NCBI GenBank assembly: GCA_044224875.1
Contig: JBGAJQ010000058.1
Location: 1 to 33,960, forward strand
Origin: Gemmatimonadaceae bacterium
GTDB lineage: Bacteria; Gemmatimonadota; Gemmatimonadetes; Gemmatimonadales; Gemmatimonadaceae
Reading direction: 5' to 3'
DNA length: 33,960 bases
A program made the translations under genes and the position numbers. Every line of letters begins with the position of its first letter. The stretch's first letter is position 1. The notes below the pieces were generated by a model. The model saw only the letters and a list, made by a program, of their open reading frames with translations, did no database searches and was not told where the DNA came from. Positions 27,657 to 33,960 of the stretch are shown here, in pieces.

Positions 27657-29240
27657 ATGAACTCACGGTTGCTTCTTCGATGCACGCTGATTCTCAGCCT
27701 GGCTGCCGCTGACCCCGTTGCCGCGCAAGGATTCCGCTCGCCGGACTCCACCTTCCAGCGGCTATGGCAGGCCGGCATCGAACAATCGCAACTCGAAGGG
27801 TTGGCACAGGTGCTCATCGATTCCATTGGGCCGCGATTGGCCGGATCGCCCGGCTTCGCGCAGGCGGTCGACTGGCTGGAACGAACCTACCAGCGCTTTG
27901 GGATTCCGGCGCGCCGCGAACGATACGGCACCTGGCGAGGCTGGCAAATGGGGACCGTTCACATGCAGCTGATTGCGCCGCGCGTGCAAAACCTGGAGGT
28001 GGAGTTGCTGGCGTGGAGTCCGCCAACGCCCAGTGGGAGGCCGGTGGAAGGTGACGTTGTGGTGGTACCGCAGTTGGCGGACAGTATCGCGGTGTCGCAA
28101 TGGCTGCAGACCATCAAGGGGAAATTCGTGCTCATCTCGCCGCCGGAAGTGATGTGTCGCGCGCCTCAGGAGCTGGAGCGTTATGCTCGCGCCGCCACCA
28201 TCACGAAGCTCAGTGCCCAGCGCGCCGAAGTCACGCGCGTGTCGAATGAGCGCTGGACGGCGCTAGCACCGGCCGGCACTCCACCCGAACGTCGATTTGC
28301 CGCCACCATGGCGAGGTTGGAAACGGCCGGCGCGATGGGCATCGGCACACTCACCTGGTCCAACGGCTGGGGAGTGAACAAGATCTTTGGGGCGATGTCG
28401 GAGAAGGTGCCGTCGGTGGACCTCTCCTGCGAGGACTACGGGTTGTTGCACCGACTGGCCAGCAACAACCAGGGACCACGCGTTCGCCTAACGGCAGAGT
28501 CGCAAGCCACTCCCGCGGAAGTGCCGATGTTCAACGTGATCGCCGAGTTGAAGGGGGCGGAGTTGCCGAACGAGTATGTCGTGTTGTCGGCGCACCTGGA
28601 CAGCTGGGCCGGTGCGACGGGCGCCACCGACAACGGCACGGGCACACTCACCATGCTGGAGGCGATGCGCCTGCTCAAGCAGGTCTATCCGAATCCCCGC
28701 CGTACGATCATTGCCGGGCACTGGGGCGGCGAGGAAGAGGGCGGCATCGGCTCGCTCTCGTTCAACGAGGATCACAAGGACATCATCGATGGGTTGCAGG
28801 TGGCCTTCAACCAGGACAACGGGACGTGGCGGGTGGAGATTCTCGAGGGTCAGGGATTCCTCAAGGCCAGCAGCAACCTGGCGCGCTGGGTGGCACAGCT
28901 ACCGTCTGAGCTGACGGACAGCGTCCGGCTGCAGCTCCCGGGTCCGCAGGCCAATGCGGGGAGCGACCACACGTCATTCATCTGCCGCGGGGCGCCGGCC
29001 TTCCGCCTGCAGTCGAGCTACACCGAGTACCGCCAGTACACCTGGCACACCAACCGCGACACCTACGACAAGATCGTGTTCGACGACCTCAAGCGAAACG
29101 CGACCATGGCGGCGATGCTAGCCTACGCGGCCTCCGAGGATCGCGAGCGCACCGATCGCACGCAGGCGGTGTTGGTGAATCCCAATGGAACCACACGCCC
29201 GTGGCCGCAGTGCCGGCCAGCCAGGCGCAGCTTCCGTTAG
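27657..29240 (+). CDS. Secreted M28 family peptidase (carboxypeptidase Q-like)
   Basis: IGPRLAGSP, SAHLDSW..ATGATDNGTG, GEEEG, QDNG, SDH, WHTNRDTYD; ATG at 27657 with signal peptide. Confidence 0.92.
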   Translation: MNSRLLLRCTLILSLAAADPVAAQGFRSPDSTFQRLWQAGIEQSQLEGLAQVLIDSIGPRLAGSPGFAQAVDWLERTYQRFGIPARRERYGTWRGWQMGTVHMQLIAPRVQNLEVELLAWSPPTPSGRPVEGDVVVVPQLADSIAVSQWLQTIKGKFVLISPPEVMCRAPQELERYARAATITKLSAQRAEVTRVSNERWTALAPAGTPPERRFAATMARLETAGAMGIGTLTWSNGWGVNKIFGAMSEKVPSVDLSCEDYGLLHRLASNNQGPRVRLTAESQATPAEVPMFNVIAELKGAELPNEYVVLSAHLDSWAGATGATDNGTGTLTMLEAMRLLKQVYPNPRRTIIAGHWGGEEEGGIGSLSFNEDHKDIIDGLQVAFNQDNGTWRVEILEGQGFLKASSNLARWVAQLPSELTDSVRLQLPGPQANAGSDHTSFICRGAPAFRLQSSYTEYRQYTWHTNRDTYDKIVFDDLKRNATMAAMLAYAASEDRERTDRTQAVLVNPNGTTRPWPQCRPARRSFR

Positions 29241-29426
29241 AGTGAGCGCGTCCCCCGGTTAGCGCGAGTGCTTCCCCCGGCTATAGTGAGTGGCGCCGCA
29301 GTTGGAATGGGTGCGCCACCGCCTGAGTGGGTGCGCCTCACCGCGGGGGGAAAGACGGAGGGCGGCGGCAGGATCTGCTGCCCTCGCAGCGCTGCACGTC
29401 GCCCCGCGATTTGATACCTTCCGTCC

Positions 29427-30950
29427 ATGACGACTATCAAGCAAGAAGACTTCATCCAGTCGATCGCCGACGCCCTCCAGCACATCTCGTACTACCATCC
29501 GCTGGACTACATCCACGCGCTGTCGGTCGCATACGATCGCGAGCAGAGTCCCGCCGCCAAGGACGCGATCGCGCAGATCCTCACCAACTCGCGCATGTGC
29601 GCGGAAGGACATCGCCCCATCTGCCAGGACACCGGCATCGTGGTGGTCTTCCTGAAGGTGGGCATGAGCGTGCGGTGGAATGCGACGATGTCGGTGCAGG
29701 AGATGGTCGACGAAGGGGTACGCCGCGCCTACTTGCTGCCGGACAATGTGCTGCGCGCGTCGCTGGTGTCTGACCCGGCGTTCACGCGCAAGAACACGCG
29801 TGACAACACGCCGGCCGTCGTGCACACCGAGATCGTGCCCGGTGACCACGTAGAGGTGAAGCTGGCGGCCAAGGGCGGTGGCTCGGAGAACAAGTCGAAG
29901 TTCGCGATGCTGAATCCGAGTGACTCCATCGTCGACTGGGTGCTCAAGACGGTTCCCACGATGGGTGCGGGATGGTGTCCGCCAGGCATGATGGGTATCG
30001 GAATCGGAGGCACGGCAGAGAAGTCGATGGTGATGGCCAAGGAATCGCTGATGGAACCGATCGACATGGCGCAGCTCAAGCAGCGCGGACCGCAGAACAA
30101 GCTCGAGGAACTGCGCATCGAACTCCACGACAAGATCAATGCGTTAGGCATCGGCGCCCAGGGACTCGGCGGACTCTCCACCGTACTGGACGTGAAAATC
30201 ATGGACTATCCCACCCATGCTGCGTCCAAGCCGATCGCCATGATCCCCAACTGCGCGGCCACGCGTCACGCGCACTTCACGCTCGATGGCTCGGGCGTCG
30301 CGCATCTCCCGATCCCGAAGCTCAGCGACTGGCCGAGTGTCACGTGGAAACCAGACGTCAACGCGAAGCGGGTCGACCTGGGCACTCTCACGCCGGAGGT
30401 GGTGGCCAGCTGGAAGGCCGGCGACCGATTGTTGCTGAACGGCAAGCTGCTGACGGGGCGCGACGCGGCGCACAAACGCATCGCGGACATCTTCGCCAAG
30501 GGTGAGTCGCTTCCCGAGGGCGTGGACTTCACGAACCGCGTGATCTACTACGTCGGTCCCGTTGACCCCGTGCACGGTGAGGTGGTTGGCCCTGCCGGCC
30601 CGACGACGGCAACACGCATGGACAAGTTCACCGAGATGATGCTGGCGAAGACAGGACTCATCGCCATGATCGGGAAGTCGGAGCGTGGGCCTGCCGGATT
30701 GGAGGCGATCCGGAAGCACAAGGCAGCATACCTCATGGCCGTCGGTGGCGCCGCGTACTTGGTGTCCAAGGCGATCCGGTCATCGCGCGTGGTGGCCTTC
30801 GCCGATCTGGGGATGGAGGCCATTTACGAATTCGACGTGGCGGAGATGCCGGTGACTGTGGCCGTCGATGCTGCGGGAAGTAACGTGCACGAGACGGGTC
30901 CGCAGGAGTGGCAGGAGAAGATTCGGCAGCTTCCGGTGCTTGTCGGTTAG
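29427..30950 (+). CDS. fumA: Class I (Fe-S) fumarate hydratase
   Basis: RPICQDTG, KGGGSEN, GWCPPG, NCAATRH, GRDAAH, GPTTATRMD, LGMEAI. Confidence 0.96.
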   Translation: MTTIKQEDFIQSIADALQHISYYHPLDYIHALSVAYDREQSPAAKDAIAQILTNSRMCAEGHRPICQDTGIVVVFLKVGMSVRWNATMSVQEMVDEGVRRAYLLPDNVLRASLVSDPAFTRKNTRDNTPAVVHTEIVPGDHVEVKLAAKGGGSENKSKFAMLNPSDSIVDWVLKTVPTMGAGWCPPGMMGIGIGGTAEKSMVMAKESLMEPIDMAQLKQRGPQNKLEELRIELHDKINALGIGAQGLGGLSTVLDVKIMDYPTHAASKPIAMIPNCAATRHAHFTLDGSGVAHLPIPKLSDWPSVTWKPDVNAKRVDLGTLTPEVVASWKAGDRLLLNGKLLTGRDAAHKRIADIFAKGESLPEGVDFTNRVIYYVGPVDPVHGEVVGPAGPTTATRMDKFTEMMLAKTGLIAMIGKSERGPAGLEAIRKHKAAYLMAVGGAAYLVSKAIRSSRVVAFADLGMEAIYEFDVAEMPVTVAVDAAGSNVHETGPQEWQEKIRQLPVLVG

Positions 30951-30980
30951 GCAAGCCGGCGCGTCAACGAAGACGCGCCG

Positions 30981-32492
30981 ATGTTGCCGAACGGTACCAC
31001 GGGCGGTACGCTTTGCTCCGCCTGTTTCCGGCTCCGTCTGTCACTGGCAACCCCGACGCGCGTGAACCTGCAGCGAGCTCCGTCCGACCCGACGGGTGAC
31101 CTGGTCAAGGCCTACGTGGCCGACATCGAACGCTTCGCGGCCTCCAACCAGACGCACGAAGCGGTGGAGCGACTGCTGGAACTGGCGAAGGAGTTCTCGC
31201 CCGAGCGTCGACTCGTCAACCGCGCCACGGTGATTGCCACGCGGCACGCCGAATGGAAGCAGAATGCACGGATCGCGGGATTGTCGTCCGACATCCAGGC
31301 CGCGCGCAACTTGCTCCTGTTTGATCTGTTGCAACTGAAGGACGAAGTCGTGAGCGCGTACGAGGCCGGGCGCGGCGGCGCGGCCGCTCCCGCTGTCGTT
31401 CCGCCTCCGATGCGCGTCGTCGGCGCCGCGGCGACGTCGGGCAGCGCGAGGCATACGACCGCCGAGGCGTCACTCGTCCGCAGCCTGGACGACGCGCGAC
31501 AACGATTCCGAGAGGCGCGAGAGGCCGTTACCAGCTCCAACGCTGAGGAGTCGGTCGCCCTGCGGTGTACTGACGTCGCGAAGTCCTATGGAACCAAGGG
31601 ACCCAGCTTCAAGCTGCATGACGTTTCCTTCACACTCAAGCGCGGCGAAATCCTTGGGCTCATCGGCGCCAACGCCAGCGGCAAGACCACACTCTTGAAG
31701 ATCGTGAGCGGGACGCTGAGTGCCGATGCGGGCGTCACCGATTACCCCGCCCTGACCAGACCGGGGATCGCGTGGACGCAGGTGCGACGCCAGATCGCCT
31801 ACGTCCCGCAGCACCTGCCCCCGTGGCCCGGAAAGGTCGTGGAGCAGTTGCACCTGTGGGCCGCGCTGCACGGGATGAAGGGAAAGGAGAACGTGGACGA
31901 GGTGGAGTGGCTGCTGCATCGACTCGACCTGTCCGCGTACCGGGAGGCGCGCTGGAACCAGCTCTCTGGCGGCTATCGCATGCGTTTTGCGCTCGCGCGC
32001 GCGCTCCTGTCGAAGCCTGGCCTGTTGGTGCTCGACGAGCCACTAGCCCATCTGGACATCATCACCCAGCAGACCTTCCTGCGCGACCTGCGAGCCATTG
32101 CCCTCTCACCAACTCGCCCACTCCCCATCGTTGTGTCGTCCCAGCACCTCTACGAGATCGAGAGCGTGGCCGATCGAATCCTCTTTCTGGACGCCGGCGA
32201 GCAGGTGTTCTGTGGCGACCTGGCCGAACTTGGCCAGATGCGACAGTTCAACGTGATGGAACTGGGCTGCGAACGAGCACGGGCTGAATTGCATGAGTTG
32301 CTCGCACCACTGGGAGCCATCAAGGTGGATCAACTCGGACTGCAATTCCTGGTGACCGCACCTCGACAGGTTGCCGCGGCTCAGGTCCTGAAGACGCTGA
32401 TCGACGCGAGTGTGGAGGTGGAGTATTTCCGGGATATCAGCAAGTCCACCGTGAACCTGTTTCGCACGCGTCTGGGGTCGCACACCGAATGA
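30981..32492 (+). CDS. ABC ATPase with an N-terminal helical (EAD11-like) domain; alternative GTG start at 31062
   Basis: Walker A GANASGKT, YVPQ, LSGGY, LLVLDEP, SSQH; about 85-aa helical N-terminal domain plus an Ala/Pro linker. Confidence 0.88.
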   Translation: MLPNGTTGGTLCSACFRLRLSLATPTRVNLQRAPSDPTGDLVKAYVADIERFAASNQTHEAVERLLELAKEFSPERRLVNRATVIATRHAEWKQNARIAGLSSDIQAARNLLLFDLLQLKDEVVSAYEAGRGGAAAPAVVPPPMRVVGAAATSGSARHTTAEASLVRSLDDARQRFREAREAVTSSNAEESVALRCTDVAKSYGTKGPSFKLHDVSFTLKRGEILGLIGANASGKTTLLKIVSGTLSADAGVTDYPALTRPGIAWTQVRRQIAYVPQHLPPWPGKVVEQLHLWAALHGMKGKENVDEVEWLLHRLDLSAYREARWNQLSGGYRMRFALARALLSKPGLLVLDEPLAHLDIITQQTFLRDLRAIALSPTRPLPIVVSSQHLYEIESVADRILFLDAGEQVFCGDLAELGQMRQFNVMELGCERARAELHELLAPLGAIKVDQLGLQFLVTAPRQVAAAQVLKTLIDASVEVEYFRDISKSTVNLFRTRLGSHTE

Positions 32493-33960
32493 TTGGGTCG
32501 TTGCGAAGGAGTTGGGGGGCGTTGGATCGCTACTTGTTGTTGAACCATCCACAGGGGTGGACGCTGCAATTACACGTGGCGGTCGCCGTGTGGCTGGGGA
32601 CCGCCTTCCTCATCGTCGCGGCCGCCTGGCTGCATCCGGTGGCGCTCTCCGCGGTTCCCGACGTCACGGCGCACGTGACGGTGGTGGCCGCGCTGGCGTT
32701 GGTGCCGGCAGTCGTCGTCCTTGGTTTGGTGATTCGCGCGCGCATGCGACTGCCCCTCGCGGTGAAGGCGCAAGGTTGGTGGATACCGTTGCTCCTGTCG
32801 GTCTACGTCCTTGCCCACGTGGGCCTCGCGTCTGCGTACGTGTCGATTCTTCGCGGACGCGTCATGCGGCTGGCGGATCCGGCCACGCTCAAGGCTGATC
32901 AGCTCGCGGTGACGTCGGTGCGGCTCCCCATTGGCGATTTGGGGAATTACACGGGCGATCCGGTCGCAGACAGCTATCAATGGGCGAGGGTCAGAGACTC
33001 CTTGCAACGCGCTCCATACGTCGACCAGGTGGCGCCCGATTCGGCGGCCCGCGCCCTCAACGTGATAGCGAAGTACAGCGGGGTACGCGCGTCGAACCTC
33101 CGGTACGTCGCATTGCTCAACGCCGCGACTGAACGCCTTGTCGAAGCATTGAATGAAGCGAGCGAGGCACAGCGCGCGGTCGCAGACTCGCAGACCGCGG
33201 CCGCTCTTCCGGTTCCGCGGCCGACGCAACTCTACTCGGTCCGCCCCGAGCTCCTTCCCAACTGGCGCACGCTCGATAGCGCGCTCTCATGGCTCGACGC
33301 CTGTGCGCGTGAGTCGTGCATCTCGATGACCCCGACCGCCGAGCTATGGGAGTCGGCTTACGCTGCACCGGGACTGGAAAGAATGCTGCGGATTCAGTTA
33401 CCATCAGCTTCACGAGACTCAGCAGCCGCCGTGGCGATCGACCGGTTTCGTGACATCTTCAATCGCGAACGGATCATACTCGCGACCGAGCGCAATACGT
33501 TTTCACTGGCGGAACTGAACGCCATGCGTTTGGCTCGAGCCTACGCCAGCTCGACCCACATCTTTAATGATGGAGCCCTGGTCGGTGCCCTTCTCCTAAT
33601 GGTCTGGCTCGTCTATCTGGCGCACGCGTCGGTGCTCATGCAGCACCTGCTCACACCCCGGGTGTGGTTCACCATCACGATTGCCCTTCTGTCCCTATGG
33701 GCGCTGCCATTTCTCGCCGCTGAACTCTTGAAGTTGTCGATCGGCGAGAATGACGCATTCAGGTTGTGGGCCGTGGAGTGCGTGGCGCTCTTCTCCCTGG
33801 GCGCATGGTTTTTCCGGCGTCGGCAGACCTCCGACGTCGGGCAATCCGTGCTCGTGGCCGCCGCCCTCATGGCCCCAGCGGCTTTCGTACCGCTGTCGGC
33901 GGTGCTCATTGTCACCGATCACGGGCTGCTTGGCGATCACCATGGCGACGTCATACTCCT
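32489..33960 (+). CDS. Polytopic membrane protein, partial (runs off window; not in ORF track)
   Basis: ATG overlaps the ATPase stop (ATGA). Hand translation is open to the window end: MIGSLRRSWGALDRYLLLNHPQGWTLQLHVAVAVWLG..; about 3 TM, a large soluble loop, then 4 or more TM. Confidence 0.85.
   Translation, partial: MIGSLRRSWGALDRYLLLNHPQGWTLQLHVAVAVWLGTAFLIVAAAWLHPVALSAVPDVTAHVTVVAALALVPAVVVLGLVIRARMRLPLAVKAQGWWIPLLLSVYVLAHVGLASAYVSILRGRVMRLADPATLKADQLAVTSVRLPIGDLGNYTGDPVADSYQWARVRDSLQRAPYVDQVAPDSAARALNVIAKYSGVRASNLRYVALLNAATERLVEALNEASEAQRAVADSQTAAALPVPRPTQLYSVRPELLPNWRTLDSALSWLDACARESCISMTPTAELWESAYAAPGLERMLRIQLPSASRDSAAAVAIDRFRDIFNRERIILATERNTFSLAELNAMRLARAYASSTHIFNDGALVGALLLMVWLVYLAHASVLMQHLLTPRVWFTITIALLSLWALPFLAAELLKLSIGENDAFRLWAVECVALFSLGAWFFRRRQTSDVGQSVLVAAALMAPAAFVPLSAVLIVTDHGLLGDHHGDVIL

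Noticed and set aside
29243..29340. Short direct repeats (TCCCCCGG twice, TGGGTGCGCC twice) upstream of fumA
   Set aside because: Only two short copies each in GC-rich DNA; not CRISPR-like and not distinguishable from chance.
26050..30719. Long antisense or overlapping ORFs (e.g. 26050..27225 +, 29259..30128 -, 30144..30719 -)
   Set aside because: Typical stop-poor shadow frames of high-GC genes; the opposite strand carries clear family motifs.

Overview
GC-rich bacterial chromosomal window. The gene style (many secreted M28 peptidases/amidohydrolases, 'LAAC..P' lipoproteins) suggests a Gemmatimonadota-like organism, which is an inference. It holds about 30 genes of accessory character: an RHH/MazF toxin-antitoxin pair, a nucleotidyltransferase plus small-protein pair, a Uma2 nuclease, four VOC/glyoxalase-fold genes, two DoxX genes, a SigG-like ECF sigma factor with a perfect CGATGA-N18-GTCNNTA promoter in front of its doxX-VOC target operon, four large surface lipoproteins, a sulfatase, two M28 peptidases, an amidohydrolase, a DadA-like oxidoreductase and a class I fumarate hydratase. 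Several gene relics sit between the intact genes: a topoisomerase IB C-terminus, a 5'-truncated tamB, a LysR HTH remnant, a frameshifted doxX, and a diverged dead copy of the fumarase 5' end 6.3 kb upstream of the intact gene. Two real ORFs are missing from the supplied track: a 57-aa KOW protein (9488-9661) and a polytopic membrane protein (32489 to window end). The most unusual items are (i) an ABC ATPase with an N-terminal helical domain resembling an effector-associated domain (EAD11-like), coupled to an atypical membrane protein, and (ii) a tandem-VOC protein carrying a 93-aa histone-H1-like Lys/Ala tail. No rRNA, tRNA, CRISPR array or transposase was recognised.
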